Below are positions 28,479 through 42,855 of a DNA stretch of 64,000 nt, one piece after another; the stretch's first letter is position 1, and every line of letters begins with the position of its first letter. The notes below the pieces were generated by a model. It was not told the origin of the DNA and ran no database searches. It was given only the letters and a program-made list of their open reading frames with translations. The translations under genes and the position numbers were made by a program. The stretch is from the human T2T-CHM13v2.0 reference genome, Homo sapiens: NCBI RefSeq assembly GCF_009914755.1, contig NC_060947.1; one strand, 5' to 3'.

Positions 28479-28521
<43 letters not shown>
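28479..28521. repeat. (CA)n microsatellite (~21 units)
   Basis: Uninterrupted AC repeat. Confidence 0.97.
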
Positions 28522-28522
<1 letters not shown>

Positions 28523-31319
28523 GAAAATATTTTTAGAAGGAAAACATAAAGCCATATATTGATTCCTAGGATCAGAAAATTCCAAAGTTAAGTATGCAGC
28601 AGTTTCCAAAGCCATAATTTTTATTTCACTGTACTAACAGAAATTCTCAAATGATGTTAAGTGTATAAATAATTGATTTATATGGGAACGGGATCAAATT
28701 TAACTTTAATCACTATTATTGTCTCTTGAGTTTTTTTATTTCTAGGTAAACTTCTTGACTGCCTTATAAAATTTGCCTGGTGATTGCACTGAGAAGACTT
28801 TTGGAAGCTCATTGCCTTACCTGGGAGCCCAGGTGGGAAGAGGTGGAGTATTGAGTGACGATCCATGAAGACGTTACAGGTGCATCAATCAAAAGGGTGG
28901 CCAGTCATCAGAAGTGAGCCAAAGTTCATAGGGAAAAGGTAAAACAAAAGATACATACTAATTAGAAGAGAATGAATTAATTTTAAGAACCCATTTTATG
29001 CATACACACACACACTCTCTTTGGGAAGGTTGTTTAATGAAATCCTTTAAAAAGGCCCTTTAATCATGATGTTTTATTAAAAAATATTTATTATCTATTA
29101 TGTGCTAGCCATTGTTAGAGGTACTGAGGTTAGAGGTACTGAGTAGTGAATAAAACAGACAAAAATCCCTGACTCTACAGAGTTTACAATCTTGTGGAAT
29201 ATTTTTAGGCCATCTGCTTGGAAAAGAGTTCTACAGAAATATACTGTATATTATCAATTCTAGGAAAGAGTTTCTCCCTGTTTTATTTATGCCTTTGTTT
29301 ATGTATGGAGAACATACTCGATGGCATCAGATTAAACATTTGCATTAGAAAGAATTCTCTTTTGGATTGGAAGGGACGTTACAAATTCATAATTTCTCCT
29401 TGTGGAAAGCCCTCCCAACAGGCTGTAAATCAGGTTTCTTTTCAGCTGGGCCATTTGCTGCCCAGAGAATGCCACTTGCTTGCACCTTGAAATACTGTAA
29501 AAACAGGAAGCCTCTAAGTGGCAGTTTCATAATACTGTAGTCCCACATCCCAACAGAGTCTTTCTCATTTGTTGCTGTCATGTTCTTTAACAGCTGGCCT
29601 GGCTGACACTCTAAGATGGGATTCATCAGCCCTCAGCAAGCCACATCCTGGGAAAGCAGCAGCACTGGAAGGACAAAAGGAGCTGTGGTTACCATGCCCA
29701 TGACCCAGACACTGGCTGGAGAAAAAGCCATAGGAATAACCTTCCTCTGAGCCAGGTTCCAGAAGATGTGACTAAATGTCACTCAAATGGTACTTAGGCA
29801 ACTGACTAAGCATCCAATAAGCAGGGAAGGCAAAAGATGAAAATGAAGAGAACACATATATAGCACTGGAGTAATGGGAATAGCGGGAGACTTGGGAATC
29901 CAAAAGCTCCAGATGTGGATTCATCCTAATCAGGAACCTCAGACCATGACACTTATGCTTGGCATTTACATTCTCAGGGTGGGTGCTTAGGGCTTGAGAA
30001 ATGAAAGTGAAACGATTCACTTTTGTATGAAGGATCCAAATTAAGACTTGGAAAACCCAGGATGAGGTAAAAATCCAAGAGCCCTTGACTGAGAATCAGG
30101 ATCCCTGGTTTTTAATCCAGGTTTTACCAATGACTCATTTGATCTTGGGCAAATTCTCTTCTCCACTCTCCCAGTGGGCTGTATGACATGAACGAGCTTG
30201 ACAAGATGGTTTCTAAAATTCCCCCAGTTCCAATATTCTTTCATTCTCTAATAGCTTTCCCTTGATGTTACTTAGAAGTATACCAATCCCTAGTCATTTT
30301 CTCAGTACAACATGCTATTAGTAGTTCACAGAGCCCAGAGCACAGCCTTCGAAGAGTTTATGAGTAAATGAGAGTATGTCCAAAATCATAATGGCCAAAT
30401 TTAAATGCAGCTGAACATCATTCTGTCCAGAGAAACAGCTTTGTTAATTTGAAACATAGAGTGGCAGATTCTTTATGATGGAAAAATTATAGAAGGAAAC
30501 TTAATTGAGAAAAACAAGAAAAATCGAATTGATGAACAATTGACCCTCTTGCACCGCCACCACCCTCCACATTTCTCTTTCTGTTCATGCAGGTTCTTCA
30601 TCTGCCAGGAGCCTGGGATATTGGTGATGGCTGTTCAACAGCAGAGACCTCCACAGCCACACACTTCCATATAACAGCTAGAGAGAAGGAAGTTGTTAAG
30701 AAACCCACACCAACACTGTTTGGGTCAGATTGCAAATCTGCAGCAGATAGTACACTCTATGATAAATAACTGCCTACCACTGTTCCAGAGCTGCCAAGCA
30801 AATGGTCCATTCAACCTCTCTGCTTTCTGACACTGAACTGGTGTGCTCACCCTCCCTTTAACTGCCACACCAAGAGCTGACGTGTTTTAGAATTTCCACG
30901 TTCTCCCATGTAGAATGCCCTTCCACCATCATTCTGGTCTTCACCTACTCTATTGCTGCTCAGAAACCCACCACTTCCTTTTGTATCTCAAGCCACCTTC
31001 CTCATTTGATCTCTGAAGGCCAAATACAGTAGTATATCCTAGCAAAAAATGCCTTATGTTAATACATGCTAAATTTTATTTCCCTAAATGGAAAGGGGTG
31101 TGGTGCCCCCAAAGTCCCAGGCTAAGGACTGTTGCTCAAACTGGTGGAGGTGAATGGAGGAGCCAGGCAAAGGGCCTGGGTGTTTCTTAAGGCCCTATGC
31201 AAAACAAGCTGCTGGTCTTTTTTACTTGCAAAGTGTTAAAATGCTTGACCTCAGCCTTTTGCTTATGCACAGTCCTGAGAGGTGGTGTGGGACCATGAAA
31301 TAAGTCCATTAGTCACACA

Positions 31320-32010
<691 letters not shown>

Positions 32011-33002
32011 GTCACCTAGGGAGGAAGACCAATCAGAGAATTGTCTAGAGGCATAGTGAGTCTGCGGCAGGCCTGCCACACAGCTCGCAGCCCCCTGTAC
32101 CTGAGCCATCTTGTTGCCCTGGGAAAGGAACCAGCTTTTCAAAAGCAGAGCTCAAAGACACGTGCAGTTAAAGGCCATGCGGAAAGTAACCACATCACTG
32201 ATATGGGAGAGGGTTGTCCCCTGCATCTGTGTTCTACTGTTTGACCGCTCTTAATTCCTCCTTGTTCCATGCCAAGTCCACTGGAAATCATGCATACCTC
32301 ATGAGAGGGAGCTCCTTATGTTTGGCATGAGAATACTGGAACCCAGAATATTCTTTCAAATATGTATTCTTTGAGTATTTGTTTTAACCTCCCAAGGAAT
32401 AGCCTTTGGCACAACTGTGAAGTTCCCTGAGGTTGTCTTGACTGCTCTTTTCACAGTGTCTGCCCTCCCCCGAGATACTAAACCTGGTTTCCAGACCTAC
32501 CCTCCCATCCTTTCGTTCCCTGCCAGCTGACAAGGATTCCAACCTGATCCTTGCTTTTGGGCAAGAGCATCTCAAGACTTCAGAGCCTTCTAGATCCAGA
32601 GGAATGATCCTATATTGGTTTGATCTCCAGTCCTATGACATTTAAACAGGACATATTTTTGATAGGGATGTGTCCTCATATCTTTCCACTTGTACTACCT
32701 TAAATGACACAATCCATAAACACGGAGCTATTCTAGCTATGTCAAAAACCCTTAGGTTCAGAGCCATTGGTCACTTATTCCCTAGAATGGACATTGCAGG
32801 AGAGAGAAAAATATAGCACAAGGTAACAGAAAGAGGCCTGGAATAGAAATAAAAAACTGATACCCCAATGCCAGCTCTGCCATTAACTGGCTGTGAAACC
32901 CTAGGCAACCCCATTCCCAAATGAAGATGGCTCCCCGTTTCCCTATCTCTACAGTGATGGTGTTGGACTAGCTGATTTCCCAAAGGTCCCTGTTCATGAT
33001 AA

Positions 33003-33297
<295 letters not shown>

Positions 33298-33771
33298 CAA
33301 TAACATTCTAAGACTTTATAATGAATTTGACTCAATCAGGAACATTCCTATGAAGGATAGCCTGGGTTCTTACAAGCAGAGACTTAAACAAAAACACTCA
33401 TGCATTTCTCTAGCAAACACTGGGGCCAAAGTCAGAGTAGATAAGTCTGTCTTCAGTGTGCCACTCTTCCCATCAAGTGCCCAGAGCCCCTGCCCCACAC
33501 TGGCTCCTCAGGGAAGGACACATGGGCATGCCTGAGATTCTGGCTGGTGCCTAGCACACAAGTGAGGGATCAGGCTTAACTTGGACATAATGAGCGAATT
33601 TGAGGGGACCTACTGACGGCTTAGTGTGGTCACTCTCTGAGGTTATATTTGGACTGAGCCATAAACCTAAAGCAATGACTAATACAGGCAAATAAGCCCC
33701 TCTGTGCTGGCAAATCATTTCGGTACCATCCTACTGACAGCATAGAGTCACCTTCTACCCCAGGGTGCCTA

Positions 33772-34133
<362 letters not shown>

Positions 34134-34882
34134 AGTTATTTCCGCAATCATAAATCACAAACTCGGGGATATGTCTTCTAGTGATCTTTTAGAGACCTCT
34201 AGTGTCACCCAACTCTTCCCTGACCCTGAGACTTTGAGAGGGCAGGGACTTGCCACAGATCACAGAGCACATCAATGCCAGAGACAAAACCAAGTCCATT
34301 TGTCCCTTTACTTGACAGCACATCATCCACCCTGTGTCCATCAGAGCCTGCCTAGGGGCAGCAGACAAGCAAGCACCTGCTCTCCCAGACTCAATCACAC
34401 AACCCTTCAGAACAATTCACAGAGCAAGGGCTGCAAAAGATGGGGAAAACAACCATAAAAGACCCCAAGGATTTGAAATTCTTCTTTCTCAGTAGCTGTT
34501 AAGTTGTAAACACATTCTCCTATGCTTCTCTCCACATTTTGTTTTCTGCCTAAATGTGCTTTTACTACATCACATGGTAACAATCAGAGCTTCTTATATC
34601 TCTTTCATTTTGAGAAATAATGCCTTATACCTGGATCGTGTATTGCCAAAGCACCGACTGCATTTTGGAAACCAAGTGGATCTGATAGGGAACACTGCCA
34701 AACAGCCCTTTTCAAATAGTGTTTTATCTGTTGGCGATCCAGTCAATTCTCAGTTGCACATGTCTTGTCTAAGCTGTTTGTCTGTGGTCTGCAGTCCTTA
34801 CAGAAACTGCCCCCTCCTCATCTCCTCTCTCACACCCCTGCCCAGCAGATTTTAGTAAAAATTTCCCATTTTGGCATCATAA

Positions 34883-34901
34883 GAGTGCCCTCTAGTGCTG
34901 A
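34883..34901 (-). promoter_or_regulatory. CTCF-like motif
   Basis: Minus strand TCAGCACTAGAGGGCACTC versus the CTCF core CCACYAGRGGGCRC (one core mismatch); motif match only. Confidence 0.4.
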
Positions 34902-36605
34902 TCTAATTAACAATCTAGACACTGAAGGATTCTTGTTTCCGTGGAAAACGGGTTTGTCTATAACTTGTCCTTGGCTATGGCAGGATACATTGTTTCTGAA
35001 AACATTCCCACAGCACCTATTTGACAATTTAGTCTTTCAGAAAGCAGTGAAAAGGATGTTTTGCCATTGAACAAACAAAGTAAAACGAAATAAAACAAAA
35101 TTGAAGGCCATAAAATAAAACCTGGCTTGTTTTCCCTTCTGAGAAGCCTTTCCACTCATGATGTGGGGGAGCTAGTTGAGTTATAAAAAAAATGTGCATA
35201 GGTACAGGCTGACTTCTTCAACTGAAACTTGACAATGATTTTCATATGTGTTTTGGAATTCTCCAAACGCAAGCACCTGTATTTGTATGGTAGGTTCCAG
35301 TGATGCATTTCAGTTTGATCATATACATACAGTATTTTTGACTTAAAGGAAAGAAAGAACGAATAAGGAATCTCTTAGAAATTTTCTGGGTATAACAGGG
35401 CCTGCTTTCTGTTAATAAAGGCCGAAAAGTTTCATTTACAAGGTAAGTATATATATGTGTACTGGGAGTTATTTTATCCCATTTCATTTCCATGTTTCAG
35501 ATCGTTGGGTCTGGAAGGTCCACAAATGATGCTATTTCAGCACTGTTTCAAATCAGAAGGAAGGTTTTCATTGTATCTTTTACACAGCTTCGCAAGGGGC
35601 TGCTACTCTATGGAATCCAAAATATTTTATGCTGACACAGACCAAGGATGGCAAGCTGCCAACACAAGATATAACTGCTTCATTCACATTTTTACACATT
35701 TAAAACACAGAGAACGAAAAACTCCCTAACAAGTAATGATTTGGCTAGTGCTAAAATAAGGATCAAGATAATTCTCAGGGAATATTCCACCAAGTCACTA
35801 AAAGGATCAGACAATGGAGACACATGAAATGGTCCATTTGGATATATGTCACCTGCTTTCAGCAAAGGAGCTTAGGTCGCTGCTGAAGTCAAGGCATGGT
35901 GGGAACCACTGGATTTGGTCTGAAACTTCCTTTCAGCCAGCCCCAAATGAAAAGAGGCCATGTGCTAGAGTGAAGTGAGCACAAGCATAGGAGTTGATGG
36001 AACTATGTTCATATCCCAGCTCTCCTACTTTTCATTGGTCACTTCAAACCTGTTAGTCTAATTTTTCTCAATAAAACTGTGACTTCCTTGTGATCAATAA
36101 TACCTAACAGGGCACAAACCAGGTGATTAATGAAACCTGCTGAATTTAATACAACCAACGGTTTTGATGAAAGATATGAAAACTACCCCCACATTGTCCA
36201 GATGTTTCCAAAGATCTGAGTGTCCGGGGTCAAGTACATGAAACATCTGGATAATTAACTTCATTGTCAAAAATCCATGAAAAAGGCTTTAAGCCATTGC
36301 TGTTCTTGTCCCCATGCACCTTGCTAGTAGTCTTTGTCACTGTGGCAAATCCACACATCCAGGGCTGTGCTTGAGACCCGTGGCTAAAGGATTCTTTCTG
36401 TTTGGCAGGTGTAATATTCATAACTGGATTAACACTGCTGCTCCCGATGGAGGTGCTACTTTTGAAATATCATGACCACTTCAACAGTTTTGTGGGCTGC
36501 AGACAACTGTCTACATGAAGGTGTAGCACCATTGTGAGCGCAAACTTGCTTTCCATGAGGAAACAGGTATCCTTTTATTGGAAGAGTCTCAGTTTCATGT
36601 CTTAC

Positions 36606-36737
36606 CTGTAGTTTCAAAACCAGGACCAAAAAAATACCCAGTGCTTTTTCCCCAAGCATATAAAATATGGACCAAGTTTGCCAAACCATCTGGCACAGTA
36701 CACAAAATATCTTTTCTAGAATTATTGGAAATTTTAC
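36606..36737 (-). other. Candidate 132-nt exon
   Basis: Minus strand: ttgttattgtttgtcatttag|GTAAAATTTCC...GAAACTACAG|gtaaga; open in two frames. Confidence 0.3.
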
Positions 36738-36744
36738 CTAAATG

Positions 36745-37170
36745 ACAAACAATAACAATCATACCATTAGCTAACATTTAATGAGTGCTTACTATATGCC
36801 AGATGCCACACACTATAGGAATTATCTCATTTCATCCTGAACAAAAGTCTATACTCATTGCCTAAATGAGAAAACTGAGGCTCAGACGGACTTGCATGAT
36901 AAGTGGTAGAGTCTGGATTCAAATCCAGAGTTGTAGGGTGCTGGGACCAAGCTCATGAGCCACTCAGCTGTACTAACTGTATTTCATTTTGCCTTCACAG
37001 CAACCCTGTGAGGTAGGCGGCATTCTTCTCACTTTACAGGGAAGTCAGAGAGGCTCAAAGAGAAATTTGCTCAAGGTCATACAGTTAATAAGTGAAGGCG
37101 CTGAGATGGGAATATTCAATATTTCCTGTCTCCAAATCCTACGCCTTGTCTAATTCTAATGCATTGTGTA
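36745..37170 (-). mobile_element. Two tandem MIR fragments
   Basis: GCTAACATTTAATGAGTGCTTACTATATGCCAG...GAAAACTGAGGCTCAGA; second core CAACCCTGTGAGGTAGG...CAAGGTCATACAG. Confidence 0.8.
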
Positions 37171-37359
37171 CCATGCCTACACAAGGCACTAATGTGGAGA
37201 GGGATCACTGTATATAATCTCTCTGGGCATATCACACCTCCACTGAGAGCTGGGGACTGCATCCTACTTACTGTACAAGGCTGCAGCACACTCTGAAGTG
37301 CTTCCTGTTTGCCTCTCTTTAGGCCTCTCATGGGACTATTTTTCATTTTGAATTCCAGA

Positions 37360-37396
37360 ATTCAAGTGCTTGGCTATGAGTGCCAAGCACTTGAAT
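37360..37396. repeat. Perfect inverted repeat, 15-bp arms and 7-nt loop
   Basis: ATTCAAGTGCTTGGC-TATGAGT-GCCAAGCACTTGAAT. Confidence 0.95.
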
Positions 37397-37859
37397 ACAC
37401 AAGGAACAGAGGTAGTAGCTCATTTGAAGATGAAAACCTGGTATAAATCTTCACCATAGCTATGCTGCTCCCCTAGGACATAAATCAGGTAGCAGTGGAT
37501 AGGCCAGGGACCCACAGGGAAAGAGAAGTTGGCAGACAGATCAGGTCTCTCTCTCTCTCTCTCTCTCTTTGAAGCAGTGGGGGGTGAGGTGCTCCTTGCT
37601 ATTATACCTATATTTCTTATCTATAGGAAAATGCAATCAAATTACATATAGACAGAATCCAAAATGTCCAAGCCAAGTTAACCAAGGGGGGGAAGAAACT
37701 GGAAGAAGCTAGAGTATGTGACTCATTCCAGCAGGGCCCATGTAACTACAATGGTAAGAAGGGCAATGTCGCCTTGGGAAAGAGTTGTGCTTGCCAAATG
37801 ATCAGGGCCATCCTCTAGCACAGTGAACCAGGCCATTCAGAATTTGACCTTGACATCGT

Positions 37860-38310
37860 TTAGAAACCTATCAAAGTTGGAAGGTACCCTTAAAGACCAT
37901 CAAGCCCAAACTCTGCATTTTATAGGTCCTGAGAGAGAAAGGGACTCAACCAAGGTCACACAGTCATAACAGGGTCAAAACCATCTCTCAGACCTTGTGA
38001 ATTCCAGTTCAGGAATCTTAAAAGTACCAAGGTCCCTCTACAATAAAATGAACGCAGCAATCTATGCTAGAGAGATAGGAGGAAAAAGGTGAGTTGAGAG
38101 CCAGTGGCGGAGATCCAGGCATGAGGACTGGACATTGTTTAATTAGAAGAATAGCCCCTGTAGGATGCTCTTTCCTATCTCCTTTTACACGTGAGGAAAT
38201 CAAGGCTCAGAGGTGAAGGCCTTGGACAAGGTCATGCATCTAAGACATAAAGAATGGGACTTGCAGGTTGATCTGACTCCAAAGCCTATGTGCTTTTCAC
38301 ACTAGCAATG
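37860..38310 (-). mobile_element. MIR fragments
   Basis: CCAAGGTCACACAG; TTTTACACGTGAGGAAATCAAGGCTCAGAG...TCTGACTCCAAAGCC. Confidence 0.7.
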
Positions 38311-40164
38311 TTTTGGCCCCTTCGTTTCTCTGTGGCTATCTCCCAATTAGAAATGATGCCCCTTCAAGTTACAAGTGAGTTTTCACATGTCCATTTTTTT
38401 GCAATTGTAAGGAACATTGAATGAGCCCTCATCTGCAAACCCAGATCTGACAAAGCCTTGGCTGATGCCTGATTCTCACTTCCCAGGAATAACTTTGGAC
38501 TGCTCTTGTCTTCAGGATCCAAGGAAAACAGGCAGAAAGCCATCAGAATAGCTTGTCAACTCCTTCGTAACCACAGAGGGCTTTATAATCTCCCCACAGA
38601 AACTGCTGTACCACCTAAGGTTGCTGGGGCTGCCTGTCTGACTGTGACATCCAAGCTACTCTCTAGCTGGGATGATGCTGTGGGAGTTTCTTCCTGCCTA
38701 AGGGCAAAGGATACAGCTGCAGTCTGCATCCAACACTAGGCAGTACTTGCCTCCACACACAGCCCCACCATGGTTTCCCTGTAGCCATGGTGTCTCTTCT
38801 TTCAGAAAAGCTGATAGACACTGAAGTAGTGGGGACGGCCCCTGGAGTAGGAAGAAGAATTCAGAACTGCTTATTTGAAGTTGAACTTGCTGAATTGCTA
38901 ATTGTATAAGTGGCACATCATTAGACTGCTTGCTCATTCCTCCTCATGAAAATGTGGACACCCCATATATCCTACAGGCAGTGCAGAAATCATCAGGCAG
39001 CTGGGTTTGTGTAAATCGAATCCTAGTTTCCCACTGACATACATTCTGATCAATCTCCAACTGCCCAACAGTTGGCAGTTGCCCTTCATACTCTGCCTTT
39101 AAGCTACTCTGCCCCTAGCCCCTCATCAAGTAGGTAATGATCTGGAAACTCACATGAATTGCTGCTGAAAGGAAAGCCCAATTTAAAGGGATCTTTCCAA
39201 AACAACCAGAAAATAAATAACAAAATGGAAGGAGTAAGTCCTTACTCATCAATAATAACATTGAATATAAATGGACTAAACTCTTCAATCAAAAGACATA
39301 GAGTGGCTGAGTTTATTTAAAAAAAAAATGACCCAATGATTTGTTGCCTACAAGAAACACATTGCACTTATAAAGACACAAATAGACTGAAAATAAAGGG
39401 ATGGAAAAAGATATTCCATGCCAATGGAAACCAAAAAAAAAAAAGAGTAGGACTAGCTATACTTGTATCAGACAAAATAGATTTCAAGACAAAAACAATA
39501 AGAAGAGAAAAAGAAGGTCACTATATAATGATAAAGGGGTCAATTCAGAAAGAGGATATAATAATTTTAAATATATATGCACCCAACACTGGAGCACCTA
39601 GATATATAAAGCAAATACCATTAGAGTGAAAGAGAGAGATAGGTCCCAATACGATAATAATCAGAGATTCCAACACCCACTTTCAGCATTGGATCTATCT
39701 TCCAGACAGAAAACCAAGAAAGAGACACCAGACTTAATCTGCACTATAGACTAAATGGATCTAATAGATACTTACAGAACATTTCATCCAATGGCTGCAG
39801 AATACACTTTATTTTCCTCAGCACATGGATCATTCTCAAGGATAGACCATATGTTAGGTCAGAAAACCAGCCATAAAACATTTTAAAAGCCTGAAATAGT
39901 ATCAAGCATCTTTTCTGTCTGCAATGGAATAAAGCTAGAAATAAAAAATGAGAAGAATTTGGGGAACTACAAAAATATATAAAAACTAAACAATATGCTC
40001 ATGAATGAAGAGTGGATAATGAAGAAATTAAGAAGGAATTGAAAAACGTCTTGAAACAAATGATAGTAGAAGCACAACATCCCAAAGCCTATGGGATACA
40101 GTAAAAGCAGTACTAAGAGATAAGTTTATAGCTATAAGTGCCTACATCAAAAAAGAGGAAAAAC

Positions 40165-40524
40165 CTGTCTTCAAAGGGAATGATCTAACTTCTTGCCATT
40201 TGGGGTGACTGTTGTAAGCTTTCATTAGATTCTGCTTATCAGGTTAAGAAAGTTCATTTTAATTTTTATTTGCTAAGAGTTCTTCAAAATCATGAATTAT
40301 TTTGGAATAATAAAAATTCATTTCCCCCATCCATTGAAATATTTATTTCTTTCCTTTTGCTGAAGTGGTTGAATTATACTAATTAGGTTTTCTAGTGTGA
40401 ACCCAACTGAAATTGGACTCAATGCATTATTTATTTTATATATTGCTGGTTCAATTTAATAATAATTGATGTAGGTACTTTTAAATTTATGTTTTAAAAT
40501 AAATATGGCTTATTACCCTTCTTG
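40165..40524. other. 360-bp insert in the L1, resembling an older antisense L1 ORF2 fragment, flanked by a 17-bp duplication
   Basis: CAAAAAAGAGGAAAAAC at 40148-40164 and 40525-40541; insert contains TTATCAGGTTAAGAAAGTTC...TTTGCTAAGAGTT...AAATCATGAAT...CATCCATTGAAAT. Confidence 0.85.
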
Positions 40525-40586
40525 CAAAAAAGAGGAAAAACTTCAAATAAGCAACCTAACAATGCATCTTAAAGAACCAGAGAAAC

Positions 40587-41597
<1,011 letters not shown>

Positions 41598-42534
41598 CAA
41601 AAAGTTGGTTTTTCTTACTAAGGGAAAAGAGAAAAGATCCAAATAAATAAAAAATCAGAAATGAAAAAGGAGACATTCCAACTGATAGTGGAAAAATTCA
41701 AAGGATCATTAGTGGCCAGTATGAGCAAGTATATGCCAAAAAATTGGAAAATCCAGAAGAAATGGACAAATTCCTAGACACATACAACCTACCAAGACTG
41801 AACCATGAGGAAATCCTAAACCTGAACAGACCAATAGCAAGTCATGAGATCAAAGCTGTAATAAAAGACTCCTAGTAAAGAAAAGCCCTGGACCTCATGG
41901 CCTCACTGCTGAATTCTACCAAACATTTAAAGAAGAGCTAATACCAATCCTACTCAAACTATTCTGGGAAATAGAGGAAGAGGGAATACTTCCAAACTCA
42001 TTCTACCAGGCCAGTATTACCCTGATACCAAAACCAAAGACACATCAAAAAAAGAAAACTACAGGCCAATATCGCTAATGAATATTGATGCAGAAATCCT
42101 CAACAAAACACTAGCAAACTGAATTCAACAATATATTAAAAAGATCATTCATCATGACCAAGTGAGAAATATCCTGTGGATGCTAGAATGGTTCAACATA
42201 CACAAATCAACCAATGTGATACATCGTATCAGCAGAATGAAGGACAAAAACTATATGATCATTTCAATTAACGCTGAAAACACATCTCATAAAATTCAAT
42301 CTCTCCATGATAAAAACCCTCAAAAAACTGGGTATACAAGGAACATAGCTCAACATAATAAAAGCTATGTATGACAGAGCCACAGCTAGTATCATACTAA
42401 ATGAGGAAAAATTGAAAGTCTTTCCCCTAAGATCTGGAACATGACAAGGATGCCTGCTGTCACCACTGTTAACCAATATAGTACTGAAAGTCCTAGCTAG
42501 CATAATCAGACAAGAGAATGAAACTTGTAGTTTT

Positions 42535-42855
42535 GGCCAAGCACAGTGGCTCATGCCTGTAATCCCAGCACTTTGGGAGGCCGAGGCAGGCGGATCACAA
42601 GGTCAGGAGATTGAGACCATCCTGGTTAACACAGTGAAACCCCATCTCTACTAAAAATACAAAAAAAAAATTAGCCAGGTGTGGTGGCGGGCGCCTGTAG
42701 CCCCAGCTACTTGGGAGGCTGAGGCAGGAGAATGGCGTGAACCTGGGATCACGCGTGGCTGCGGCTGAGATCGTGCCACTGCACTCCAGCCTGGTGACAA
42801 AGCAAGACTCCATTTCAAAAAGAAAAGAAAAGAAAAGAAAAGAAAAGAAAAGAAA
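42535..42855 (+). mobile_element. AluSc8/Y-like element in the L1 with (AAAAG)n tail
   Basis: GGATCACAAGGTCAGGAGATTGAGACCATCCTGGTTAAC; GAATGGCGTGAACC; interrupts L1 ORF2. Confidence 0.93.

Noticed and set aside
28062-28520. 152-aa minus-strand ORF
   Set aside because: N-terminus is the (TG)n microsatellite; no family similarity. Only the internal ATG|GTAAGT is kept as a finding
39336-39629. Endonuclease-like ORF and other L1 ORF2 pieces (42162, 44258)
   Set aside because: Fragments of a disabled L1 with stops, frameshifts and nested insertions
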